A stretch of 64,000 bases of DNA from Takakia lepidozioides. Taxonomy: Eukaryota > Plantae > Bryophyta. The DNA lies in the NCBI GenBank assembly GCA_030704615.1, contig CM060732.1, positions 53,568,001-53,632,000 on the forward strand, given 5' to 3'. The position numbers were made by a program, and so were the translations under genes. The notes under the pieces are model-generated. The model saw only the letters and a program-made list of their open reading frames with translations. It did no database searches and was not told the origin of the DNA. Shown here piece after piece: positions 50,456-63,100 of the stretch (its first letter is position 1; each line of letters begins with the position of its first letter).

Positions 50456-52715
50456 GATATGATTTCCTTGCATATATTGCCCTCTCCCAATGTATATATC
50501 CAATTATTCGGAATGAGAAAGCGTTGAGGAGGTCTTTGGCAGCAATGAGTGTAGTTAAGTGGTCAGTTGCTGAGAGAGAGGTGAAGAGATTCCGGAAAGA
50601 GACTGGATCTCCACTTTCAAATTGAAGATGGTCTCCCACCCTATCTCATGACGCAACTTCAAATTTTTGCAAGCTCGGGCCATTATGTGCTGGACTGGCC
50701 ATGTTGGTGAAGGGTTCAAGCTGATGACTGAATCGCACATGGTGCTTATCATACGTCCCAGGGACAGTGTTGACCGACATCAACCATAAACAGCCTGGCG
50801 TAGAGATAGAAGTTTCTCATGCTTCTTCTCGTTGAAGAGTGCTGTTAATACCGAGGTGTGACAAGCACAGGTGTAACACAAGGAGATGTTTTCAGATGTG
50901 CACTTTGATAGGGAGGGTAAGTGTAAGAACATTGAGATGACATACATAGCAAGATCAGTCCAGCAATCCATTAGTTGTCAAAAAGTGGTTGTTCAGACTT
51001 AAAGGGGGTTGTAGTGTGAGGGAAGGTCAAAATTGTGTCTGCGTTGTATGTATAAAGGTGGTGATATGGCCTTTATAGCATATTCAATCCTAGACAAGCA
51101 ATGCAATCGACTATCATGAACACTACAGAGCCCCATAATAACAAACAGACTAGTCTAGTGAAACAGTATGCGCAGTGGAGGGGCCATTACACCATCCGAC
51201 AAAATTTAGAGCACCACATAAAAACTTGGATTTTTGGCTGTACAGTATATTTTTGCCGGATTGTGGAGAGGCCATTTCAGGTAGCTGTAGGTGACCCATT
51301 GAAAGGAAATCCCAGGACCTTTTGGTCTCACATCCAGAGCCATAATTTGTATCTTGTACATAGGAGGATTGTGCATCTCGTTCTATTTTTCCTGACCAGT
51401 TTGTCTTTTGCTGAGTTCATCCATACTGACACACTAAACTCTCCACTGAAAAATGCAAAAGGCAAAATCCCCTAGTGGTGATAAAATCTCCTCCTGCCAC
51501 ATCCTCTCTGCTTGGCAGCTCGTAGAACTACCAAATCCATGAGGCGCAGCAGTTTGGCTCTTGAACAGGAGAACCTATAGGCTTTCTGTTCCAGAGTAGG
51601 ACTACCCAATCCATTTGGTCTCGTCCACTTTTGAAGTCAATCTTTGTGAGCTATTGTAGATTGTGCGTTGCTTGAGAGTTTCTAGCAACTTCAGTTTGTC
51701 TGTACCTGATGTTTAATGTGCGATTCTTGCACTTGGCTGTTGTTTGTGCCATGTCAAATCTCATCTTAGGTGCAGCAGTGGAACTGCCTTGTAGAATAAC
51801 AAATTTTGCTTTGGGTTTATTGCACTTATAAGTGTGTATGGGTATGTCTATGATTGCTTGCCTAGTTCAACAAACTATGCTTTTCCTGTAGCTGTTGTTT
51901 TAACGTGCAGGATCACTTATATTTGCAAGTCAGTCTTGTGTTCCATTTGCCTGCCTAGTCCAACAAACTTTGCTGTAGAGCTCTCATGCTTGATTGTGGG
52001 TTTCTTGAACTTATAAGTCGGTTTTGTGTGCCCATATGTATGTGGTTGCCTGCAATCCGACATGTCCATAGCTGCTGCTTGATTGTCTCTTGCAGTGGGT
52101 ATTCTGCTTTCTGTGTCCACATGTCCACTATGGCATGTCTCTTAGAGTTTGCAAATAGTTTTATGTATCCACCTAGTAGTATCTACTATTGCCTAGTCCA
52201 GTAAACTTCTCCTTGTCTAGAGTTCTGTAAAAAGTGGATTTAGCAACACCATCACTATAGCCGCAAAATGCATGCGACGGAGGAGGTATCACGGGCTGGG
52301 TTGCGACACTCCGCCGTCACAATCTGGTGATGTCGTCGTCGATGCGGTGTCTCAACATTGAAGGGTCCAGCGCTAGAGCCCTGCTGCGATGCCATGACGT
52401 CGCAAGCCAAGCCGGAATGTTAAAAAAATAAAAATTGAGGCTGCAATGGAAAGGGTTACAAATTAACAAAGAAAGAATTGTGACGGGGAAGCGTCAACGT
52501 TGCGACAACTGTAGCAGCGTTGCGTCATTTTGGCACGTCAAAGGTCGCATTATGGATGTGAAGGCGAATGTAGGGCAAAGTGCAAAGTAAAAGGGATACG
52601 AAGAGATTGGTATATCCTCTGGGGCTCTGAATCTGGGCAATCGATATGGGATAATCAAACCTCAATCACATTGCGCCACGTAGCGGCGAGAATCCGCCAC
52701 ACCTGCTTTTAACGC

Positions 52716-52819
52716 CAGTGAACAGGCCGCGTTGGCCGACTCTGCCCTGTGCGCAGCCATAGGGCTCGCCCAAAGGCCGCTTACAGGGCAGAATCGGCCA
52801 AACACGGCCCGTTCTCTAG
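52716..52819. repeat. Imperfect palindrome of about 104 bp (foldback)
   Basis: gaacaggccgcgttggccgactctgccctgtgcgcagccatagggc-tc-gcccaaaggccgcttacagggcagaatcggccaaacacggcccgttc. Confidence 0.85.
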
Positions 52820-53199
52820 TACAAAAAGAGAACACAAATTTTGGTGATGAAGGCTGGATACTAGTGTTGGTGTAGAGCGGGAATATGGTGCCTAGTGACA
52901 TGTCATGGTCACAACATCATCGATGCCATGTCATCATCACCACGTCATTGTTACCCACGTCGTAGCTGTCATTTTTCATGTTGTCCGCACCCAATCAAAA
53001 AGAAAAAGAAAAAAAGAAAACTGATGTCTGAAAATCAGCATCGGCGTTCTTTTCAAAAATGCTCCAATAATATGTAGAGCAGTTTCATTCAGCGCTGATG
53101 CTAGAGTGGTCCAAGAATTAGCATGGTCCAGGAGTTAAAAGAGGGGGCCAATGTATTAAGGCCACTTGTATTATTTAATGAAATGAAGGGTCCAAAAAT

Positions 53200-53430
53200 T
53201 AAGGATTGACTTTCTAGTGTGTGCTTTCTAGATAGTTCTAGTTCTAGTTGACTTTCCAGTTTCTATAGTTCTACTAATATGTCGGACCGGTGAGAAGCAA
53301 CTGACTAATTGCTTGTAACTTGTGTCTTCAACATGCTGGCACAGGCACTAGTAGCGTGTCTCACTAGTGGTTTGAGAGCCAGAGCCAATGTGAGTAGTTG
53401 TTTGCTATGTTGGGGGTCGGGCCAGGTATG
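53200..53430 (+). mobile_element. LTR 3' part plus PBS, same family as 1870-2362
   Basis: ttctagatagttctagttctagtt...ttcaacat...agtggtttgagagcc...gtgagtagtt matches the minus strand of about 2000-2170. Confidence 0.65.
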
Positions 53431-54074
53431 GCAGGTAGGATCAAAGTGGCTGCAAGAGGGAAAGACAACACTAGAAGCATTCGTGTCTTTTTCGAATCGA
53501 CTGAATGTCCGCGACCACTCCGGGAACCACTTGGTAGTAAACGGGACTACTGGAGAGTCGAAACAGACAAAATTTGAAAAAGCCAAAATTGCAAGTGGTT
53601 GTAATTACTGCACATGCGACTACAAATTTGCATTCCTAATTCGATTAATGGAATAAAGATATTTATTCATTTAAGTGAATATGTAGTCGACTCAACGACT
53701 CCATGAACCACTGCGCATTCATTGCACCCATGACTCGGCAGCACATTTGCTGACGTGGCTTTCACAAAAAGAGGTAAACAAAATGTGGCCTTGGGGGAAT
53801 AGATATTTTAATACATGCTGCCTCCACTTGGCCTGTCTGGCAAGGATGCAAGTGCTGCGTCGGACATGGCGGGACGTGGGAATGCAAATCCTGACACGGC
53901 AAGGCCTTCGTATACTGTGAGCGCGCGTAGTGGCTTCTCAGAACGGTGTGACATCGGGTTCTTGGTCATTCAACATTTACAGAATGTGCTGGATGGAGGC
54001 ACGATGGAGCGCACGGAGAAGTTCACAACCTTAATGAACGCTTTCAGCCTTTACCACAATTATATCATGCCAAA

Positions 54075-57000
54075 CTAGTTTTTCGGTACGCAGATAAAGG
54101 TAACTGCTCCTTCCAAAGAGACTGGTTCGGCCGTATCTGGTAGATTTCGTGGTTCCCTCAGACCCTCGTGGTCGGCATTCTCCCCTAGGTCCAGATCATG
54201 GACGTCGGCAACGACTCGTTTGGCCCGGGGGTCCTTGTGAAGAACCACCCTCCATCCCGGCGCATGGATGTTATCTGAAAAGAAAACTTGCTCAACTTGC
54301 AATGGGAAGATGAATGGCTCTTCATCTTGTGGTAGCATTTTTCTGAAATCAGCAAGGAGGAACCCGTACTCATCCCGTTTCATGGTGGCATTCTCTCCTA
54401 CCATATTGGCTTTTACCCAAGAACAACGGAATAGAATTGGACTCACAAGACCATAGTCTAGTTTAAGGATCTCTTTGATCACTCCTACATATTGCACATG
54501 GCATGAAATTGGATTCCGATCTCGTGCACAGCTCCTACTCTCTTGTTCAAAAAATGATGTCACTCCGCTGTCATAAGTCACCAGGAGGCTGGTGTTGGCA
54601 TCGTCCACTCTATAGTGATTGCCATATGCTTTCATTGACCGGTACGAAGTGGCAATCAGCCCTGGGGGGAATGACAGACTCACCATGCCCTCATCTGGGT
54701 CCTCGTTCTCTGATGCGTACACTGCAATTGCAGATCTGACCCACACTGTAAAGGGCTGCAGCTCCTCCATTGTTGTCGGGTACTCCACCGGGGATCTGCG
54801 CCTACGACCGCCCCTCCGCCATGCTTTTGCAAATGCTCTCCGTTCCGTTTTCAGGCGGACCTTCTCCGCTGCGTATTTTCTGGCAGAAACCAAATAGAAG
54901 CTGCAACTCAGTCCCCCTGACCAACACCGTATTGTACATGCATGCCACATGTAGAGTGTGTCCTTTCAAGCACATTGTAGTGATGCAGCCTACTTCATGA
55001 TCACTTGCAAGCAACAACACCAACTACGAAACACCCTCTGTTGTCGTCTGAAGCACCCTGTTAGTACACGATCCCACTCCCATAGTGGCCGGAATGACTT
55101 GTGACAATATATATGTAATTCATGCATACAAAGACCATTAAGAATAGCACAGGAGGGATGTAAAGTTTACACCCACTGTCTCCATGGTGTCATAGTTGTT
55201 GTGTTGTTCAGCACATAATCATGTGCCACATCCCGAAGGCACGGGCTCATGGCACGCTTTGTTCCACCACCTTCTAGGACCTCGCCTACAACTCCTTCTT
55301 CCTCGTTCTCGTCCCACACCCGTCGTTGTATTGCATCAAATGAAGACATATACTCTGTCATGAAGCCCAGGGCTTCGTCACGGATGTAGCCCTCCGCCAT
55401 ACTCCCCTCTGGTCGTGCCATGTTGCGTACATACCCCTTCAGATCCTTCATGTACCTCTCCATGGGGTACATCCAACGGCTGGCTACGGGCCCACACACA
55501 TGCAGCTCCTCTACAAGATGCACTAGCAAGTACGTCATGACGTCAAAGAATGATGGAGGGAATTCTTTCTCCAGCAAACATAGGGTCACAGCCACATCCT
55601 CATGCAGTGATGTAATGTCCCTCGGATCCCACACCTTCGCACAAATCTTCCTAAACACTCGACTTACACGCATTATGCTGTTCGAGGACCCGACGCCATC
55701 GTACCCCGAATGCACACTGGCAAAATCTGTTGCATCATCACGTGTAGATCATGTGACTTCATCCCCGACCATTTCTTGTTTATGGCATGCTTTTGGAAAG
55801 CACCCGAGAATCCGGTTGGCACTTTCATGGCTCCCAATGTCTTCAAAAATTCCTCTTGCTCTGATTTGGTCAGGACGTATGATGCTGGCATGAGCACTTT
55901 GCCTGGTCTATTTGGATCAGGCCTTAGCCACAGATGTGACCGTATCCCTTCAATCTCCATGTCATTTCGTACGTTTATCGTATCCTTCTCCCAAAGATAG
56001 TCTTCAGAATGTTCTCGCAGAAGTTCTTCTCACAATGCATGGGGTCCAGGAGGTACCGCTGCAAGAGGTTCTGAAATGCCACATGTCCTCCCATGAGACC
56101 AAGTTCTATGGGCAAAAATAGTAGAATATGTGGCAGAAGTTGTCCATGTTACTACATTCTGCTTTCAACAACTACACGATCCTACACAGTGAGGTGTACG
56201 ACTTCAACATCTACTGCATAGTAGTTACATTGACTTAGGAGTTGGTGGAAGGACTCCTGACAGTAAAGGTAATTCCAGGAAGCACAATGTGAAAGAAAGT
56301 GAGTGAATGGGGGGGGGGGATTCATGCACCTTCCAGTATGGCAAATCCCAAAGGATTGTCCGGCGCTTCACCCCGTGCGACATGGCTGGATCTGCACTAC
56401 TTCCTTCTCTCCCTCCAATCTCCATGAACGCCTCTTTCTCCTTTGCAAATTGCAATGTCTCCTCCGGTGTCACAGCATTTGGTGCCATTCTCTTTTCAAC
56501 ACATCCATTGAAGTGCCGGCCTGCTCGTCGGTAGGGGTGGTTTCTTGCAAGGTAACGTCGATGCCCCGTATATTGTCTTCCCTAATGGCTTTGAGTGCCG
56601 TGAATCCACATAGGGCCCACAAATGGGGCACCCTTTGTAGCCCTTCGTCTTGCAACCCGCAACAAGGCCATATGCGGGGAAATCGTGGATTGACCACATG
56701 AGTATGCACGGAGGGTGAAACTCCGTTGCCCTACTGGTTTCAAAATGTCGTAAGCTTCAACTCCAATCCATAGTTCCTGTAGCTCTTCAATCAATGGTTG
56801 CAAATACACATCTATGTTTGCATTTGTCACGGACTCCTTGCCTGGAATCAAGAGAGACAACATGACAAAGAATTTCTTTGTTGTCAACCATGGTGGCAGG
56901 TTGTATGCCACCAACTGCACGGGCCATGTGGACCATGTGCAACTCTTTGATCCGTATGGGTTTACTCCATCCGTAGATACAGCCAATCGCACATTGCGTG

Positions 57001-58052
57001 GGTCCTCGGCGAAATCGGGCCAAGTTGCATCTATACGCTTCCATGCAAGGGAATCTGGGACATGCCTTACCAAACCATCGTTTGAGGCATTCCTGGAATG
57101 CCAAGTCATGAGCTCACTAATGGTCTTGCATTTGTACATTCGTAATAGACGGGGGATAAGGGGAAAGTGCCTCAACACCTTGGCTGGCTGTTGTAACCTG
57201 CCCACATCATGGTATCGGGCTGCACCGCATTTGGGGCACTCCATAGCGTCCTTGTACTCTCTTCTGAAAAGTACATGTCCTTTTGGACATGCATGTATTT
57301 CACGTAGTTGAGGCCGAGCTTCCCAATCATTTTGTTGGCCATGTGACAGCTTTTTGGCATTTCATTTGGTTGTGGAAGCAAGTTCAGCCGAAGCAAAGAG
57401 AACAACTCGTCCACAAAATGGTCTGACACACCGTGGGTTGTGCACAGGTTCATCAACAGCATGCTGGCAGCAAGCTTTGTGGATTTGCATCCCTCGTACA
57501 GTGGCACACATGCTTCTTCTAGTGTCATGTGTGCAGAATTATTTCCATCTCCACCTCCTTCCACGCCTTCCCCCACGTGAATGCCTTCATTTCCTGCGTC
57601 ATCACCATCCCCAGTTGTCGCAGCGCCGTCCCCCTCTTCAGCATCGTCCATGATGTGGAATGCTTCCTGCAACATTCAAGTAATCTCCACCCCTCCGTCC
57701 ATGCCTGTTTCCTGTCCTGCGCCCATGACATAGTCCTCGTCTGGCCTGTCTGTATGGCTCCCTCGGGGTGTGCATTGTCCAATTGTGCCCACTCCTCATC
57801 GTCTTCGTCTGCAGGTCCATCTCCAATCCACACCCGAAATGCTTCATGTCTTTTGTGGTGAAGGAGATGTGTGCGCACACCGTCCTCAGATCTACTTGTA
57901 GTGCCCAAACAACGTTCACATGGGCATGGCATCCTTGAAAGCCCAAGGGCTTGGGCTCGTGCCACTTCTCTTTCCCACAACCTGTCATCCCAGTTGTTCT
58001 GTCTACAGGGGTGATTAATTGGAAGTCCTCCGCATGGGCGAGGGGAACTCAT
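54075..58052 (-). pseudogene. CACTA TnpD-type transposase (transposase-associated Zn domain, Transposase_21, DUF4218, DUF4216), frameshifted
   Basis: CPCERC...VRTHL; RNVRLAVSTDGVNPY, STWPV, YNLPPWL, IDVYLQPLIEELQELW; DPMHCEKN; MKSHDLHVMMQQ; FPPSFFDVM, RWMYPMERYMK, PEGSMAEGY; YVGVIKEI, LFRCSWV, DEEPFIFPLQVEQVFF; introns at about 56329-56090 and 55175-54885. Confidence 0.93.
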
Positions 58053-58597
58053 TTTTGTTGGGGAACTCAAGACAGACAGGAGAGAGAAGTGGGTCTATGG
58101 GCATATCAGAATTACAAGAGCACACCAAAAGACTGGAGATTTGTTCCATCTATGCACCTTCGGTACATGGTGAAGAGAGGCAAAGGCCGTGTGGGGAAGT
58201 ACATACATCAACTCCCCCAACTGCACGAACTATTGGGCCCCTTGTTCTCTTCCATGGTATGCTCTGCCCCAATCCAAACCCTGAATTCTCCATTGTTGCT
58301 ACTGCAGCCTGCTTTCATTCACATCAACAGCATGTCAAGGGCGTCACAAGAACTTCCTATAGGAAATGTGACAGTTTATGGGAGAGGAGATATGTCAATC
58401 ATATCTTCATTTACCAGGAAAGATGATAACCCCATCCCCACCTCACAGCCAACAATCTCCACGACGCCAGACTTTCATATGTCAGCATGCACATGTTTTG
58501 ACCTTCTGGCAGGTTGGCCCACACCTTCGAAGTAACACAAACGGATATGACCTGTCAAATTTCCCCTTTTCAGCCTCAAGACACTCCCTGTGCCCAG

Positions 58598-59232
58598 CTG
58601 TAGAAGAGGGCAAGCAGGTCTTCGGATATTCTCAGCAAGGGCATGGCAAAGATGCTCTGCAACTTTTCAACCAAGTTTTGAAACAGCAAGGGGTGAAGCC
58701 AAATGATGTTACACTCATTGCAGTTCTGTCTGCATGCAGCCATATGGGCCTAGTAGATGAAGACAACACTATTTCCATTCTATGAGTAGAGATTATAGAT
58801 TGTACTCATAAGACGTTGTATGCCGTAGCCTTGTGGCCATTGACCCTGCACCCAGTTTGAGCGGGAACAAAAGGAACAGAACCTACCTCCGTCAGGGGCT
58901 GACGGTGGTAGTAAGACTTACCATCATATAAGGAATTAATCCGGGTTTTCCAGATATCCTCTAGAAAACCCTTCACACAAGCATCAATCTGCTGTGTGTG
59001 ATAATAGAATCATTCCAACAGGAAAACATTTTGGCTGCATGGTTGACCTTCTTGGCCGTGCAGGGCGCTTGGATGAGGCGGAGAATTTCATCAACAGAAT
59101 GCCAATTAAACCAGATGCTTTAGTGTGGGGCTTTACTTGGTGCCTGCAGAATACATGGCAATGCGAAGCTAGCAGCGTGCTGCAGAATGTTGTCTCAAAG
59201 GTGAAAAGTTTCAGATGCAGACATACGGTGTG
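58598..59232 (+). pseudogene. PLS/E-class PPR gene fragment, split by a LINE 3' end
   Basis: GYSQQGHGKDALQLF..GVKPNDVTLIAVLSACSHMGLVDE..MSRDY[insertion][41 protein letters not shown]; frameshifts. Confidence 0.9.
58800..59000 (-). mobile_element. 5'-truncated 3' end of the GCP2-intron LINE family
   Basis: Near-identical to 19328-19499; flanked by gattataga/gataataga (imperfect TSD). Confidence 0.92.
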
Positions 59233-59390
59233 ACATTTCTGGTAGTCAGTGAAGGACTGAAAGTGAGGAAAGAGATATGTGTATCACGTCTGTGGGATTC
59301 CTAAAGGGCCACAAGGAGTAGAACAACAAACAAATAACCATAGAAGGGTCCACAAAGTCAGAGAACTACTCAAGGCTAATATCGGTTCAT

Positions 59391-59505
59391 TGTTGCAACT
59401 GGCCCCCACCATCTGACCTTGAATTTATGTCGTCGGGAGCTTAAGGAACGAATGCCAACTCGCCCGAACAGCCACATTGGCTGTTTTGGAGCATGCTGAC
59501 ATGCA
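59391..59505 (-). mobile_element. Internal fragment of the same LINE family
   Basis: ccaccatctgaccttgaatt...cagccacattggctgttttggagcatgctgacat matches about 20080-20190. Confidence 0.85.
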
Positions 59506-60124
59506 CATGAAAACCGTGTCAAGGGCTTGGTGTCAATTGTGCTAAGAGATCAGCTAGTGAGTCGAGGTAACCCTCCCCGTGATTGTGAAAAAGAAGACAT
59601 ACCGAGTCATTTTCTTATCCAAGCATATATTAACCATGATAGATGAGACCTTTAGTTTTTGGATGGATAATAGACAAGGCCGCTTTAAGGACATTGACCA
59701 TCCTACCAGGACTACCTCTCATTTGCTTGAAGCCTGGACTGCAATAAGACATTGAGGATATGAACTGTTCAAGCATTACAAAAATGAAAGAAACAAAGAA
59801 ACTGTATGATGTCCACTGGATTACAGAACAAGCCTGCATAACAGGCCAACCAAATGTCAGTTGTGTGAATCACTACATCTAGTTGTCTGGAGGACTGTAA
59901 GTGGTTTAGGGTTTAACGTCTCAAAGTCGAAAAGGCCATAGTGTCAGATGCACGACACGTGTTCATATTTGAAATCAACAACGGCCGGATCTTCACCTTG
60001 AGCTCGGGGGGTGTGTGATCACACTCCCCTCCTTGTCCTTCTTTCCTCCTTTGCATGTCTTGGTCTTCCTCGCTCGTCTTTGTCTTGCTCATGGTCTATG
60101 TCCTCGCTCGTCTTCATCTTTGTC

Positions 60125-63100
60125 ATGGTCTATGTCCACGCCTAGTAAGAAGCGGTCGACCGCCGAGGCAGCATCACCTCCTCCCACTTGTGCACATTCC
60201 AGCCCCGCGGTGAAGGAGCCCCCGCCTGGCTCGACTGAATCTGGTACAGATGGCGTCGGTGCGAGAGGGAAGGCAGAGCAGTGGGCGGTCTTCCAGTTTG
60301 GATTCTGACACAAGCGACTATAGCATGGGCGACGACGATGAGGTGGAGGACAGTTCGGCGGAAATTGCACCTCCATCTGCAGAGTCTCTCCAAAAGGTGC
60401 GCAAACGGCACAAACCCGCTGCGCATGAGGTGAGTTCTACCCCTAGTTCTGTTCATGTTCTATGGGCGTTGAGTTCTCCTGAAACTGAAACTGGGATGCA
60501 CATATCCATAAAGTTGTTCAATCGGATCTCGTAGTATAGAGGGCAGTAGAAGAAGAAGTGTTCTTCAGTTTCAATTTCCTTGCTGCGCCCTATGCAAGCT
60601 GGACATAGGCGGTCCTCCCGTTGCAGGTTTTCCCATCTGCCAGTCTCTATCCGTAGGTTGTGGGAACCCACCCTGAACTGCCCCAATGCCCTCAGGAGGG
60701 AAGGAGCTAAGGGTGCTGAAAGGTAATTTGGTCTCAAGATTCTATCATCGCAGAGCACCAAGAATGTCTCTCGATAGAAGTGGAGCTTTGTTGTGAGATT
60801 GGGTAGCATCCAAGTTCTCTTCCCATGTAATTCCATAAGCTCTCTCCGAATGAGTCTGTTGCGGTCATGTGTGGATGTGATGTCCACCTCATCTGGGTTC
60901 ATTGGTAATAGGAAAGTAGTAGAAAGTCCGTTACGTTGAAATAAACTGTCCACTCGAGCATACCAGGAGTTCCCGAAACCTGCAGCTTTGAGCCTCATAG
61001 ATGTTGTGAGGGCCCTTGCCACTAGCCTTTTGGTGGAAGGGCCTGCAATCTATTCCTCACAGATTGTAAGCCTGAACTGTGCCTCGGATTGCAATGGTAC
61101 ACATGCGAACTCTGCACCTAGGATCTGAGAGGGAGTTGTGCTCCTGGCGCCAAGCATTGCTTGGAGAAAAGATGACTGTAATGGTTCCAAAATCTTTTCC
61201 CACCAGGAGACAGGGACACCAGGTGCCCAGAACTCACAACCATAGATGGTAGCAGGGCTGACGACGGTGTCAAACAGACACTTTTTGGTCAGGGGATGCC
61301 GCACATGTATTTGCTTGCATTTGGCGTGAAGGCGGATGAACACTGAACCCGCCTATTGGGATAAGCTTGTTGCCTACTGGGAGTCCCCTCGTGGACTTGC
61401 AAAGGCTGAAGGGATGAAGCAAGCGCGTGCTTGTGTCACGAACCCCTCGCGTTGGGGCCGGGCAGGAGTTGCAGGCCAAGCAGCCCGTTTGGTAATCTCC
61501 TCACCCCCTTCTCATTGCTCCTACGTTGTGGCATGTTCTGATGGAAGAGACACCCACGAGTGGGTTTTATTGCTTGTGCAGAATTAGTTGTTTTGTGATA
61601 TGCAGGGCAGTGCTTTGTCCATATGCTCCTGGCATTTTGTACTGACAGTGTGTGGATGGGCAAATACAGAAAAGACGCAAAGCGCGGAGCCCGTCACTGT
61701 CCGAGCTCGGGGCGGAGCAAAAGAACTATGTGACTGGCACCCCATCAGAGTCTGTTTTGAGCCAGGTATGTTTTGAAGTCCGGTTTCCATTCATGAATCT
61801 GTTGTTGTACTAAGATTTGGTGGGTATGTGGGGCCCCCACGCATGGTACACGAGGGGTGTTATGCCAAACCCAGCCATCTCCGAATGCCTGAAATCTTGC
61901 ACATTCGGCCTCTTCTTCTGGTTTTTAACAGTACGGGTGGGTGTTTGTATGCGTAGGGAGCGGGGAACTCAATGGCAGCCCGCATCGGGGCCCTGGAGAG
62001 GCTTGCAGCTCTCTCTGCGGAGCGGGAGAGGGGAATGGAAGCACAACTGAAGAAGATAGTGGAACTCATGATGAGGCAAAAAGGGGGTGTGACGGGTGGC
62101 ATTATGGAAGACCCCCTGCTGCGACCATTGTACCTGAGAAGAGGAAGTAATTGTAGTGGGTAGGGATGTGACAGAGGTCCAGCCTGTTGTTGATGATATT
62201 CACAGTGGGGGGCAGGGTCCACTCGTTGAAGAGGGAGAGGTCCAGCGAGTTGGTGGGGATGACATGGACGATGGGGGGTCATTGCTCATTCTATCAAGGG
62301 AAAAGGGGAAGCTGTAGGGGGAGAGGGTGGTAGTTTGCCTGGTCCAAGCTGCAGGGGACCGAAACTTTGCCCTCCGGGGTGACTGTTGTCTCCCAACCCA
62401 CTGAGGTGAGACCCCGTGACACCCCTTCAAAAGCTCCTTTCATAGAAAAGTCGAAACTAATTGTTCTAGACCTGAACGGGATCTTGTGCCACTCTATTCC
62501 TAACTTTCAGCCCAACCCGAGGCGTCATTGGCCATGGGTGTTGACCACCAACAAGTATGTTTTCCCAAGGCCCCAGGTCTGCGAGTTTTTAAAACCTTCT
62601 CTTCCGGCATTTCTACGTTGGGATATGGTCCTGTGCTTCCAAGGGGAATGTTGCAGACGTCTTCAAAGTGGTGATGCAGGGGGTCAAGGGTTCTCCCCTC
62701 TTTGTGTGGTCACAAGAGGAGTGTGACCCCTTGACAGAGCCACACCCCACAAAAGGGCCTGCCGTACAAAACTTACAGAAGAGACTGTCGAGGGTGGGTC
62801 GGAATTTTCTGGATTTAACGAATCCAACACCCTCCTAGTGGATGATTCACCACACAAGGGGAGGGGGAACTCCCCTTTGAACATGGTCCATCCATTGTCG
62901 TTTGATGTCACTAGCAATGTCAGTGAGGGGCCCGATTCAGAGTACCTTTTAGAAACAGTCTGGCCCTACTGCCAAGATTTGTTTTGCTCCAAGGATGTGC
63001 GTGTCTTCACAAGCACGCGGAAGCTGACCCCGACTGGCAGCTTGAATGTGGGAGAGGATGGGGTCGTTGGGGGAAGTACTTCTGCGCCCATGCAGGTGAA

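Noticed and set aside
54268-57861. Plus-strand ORFs overlapping TnpD
   Set aside because: Antisense shadows of the transposase coding sequence.
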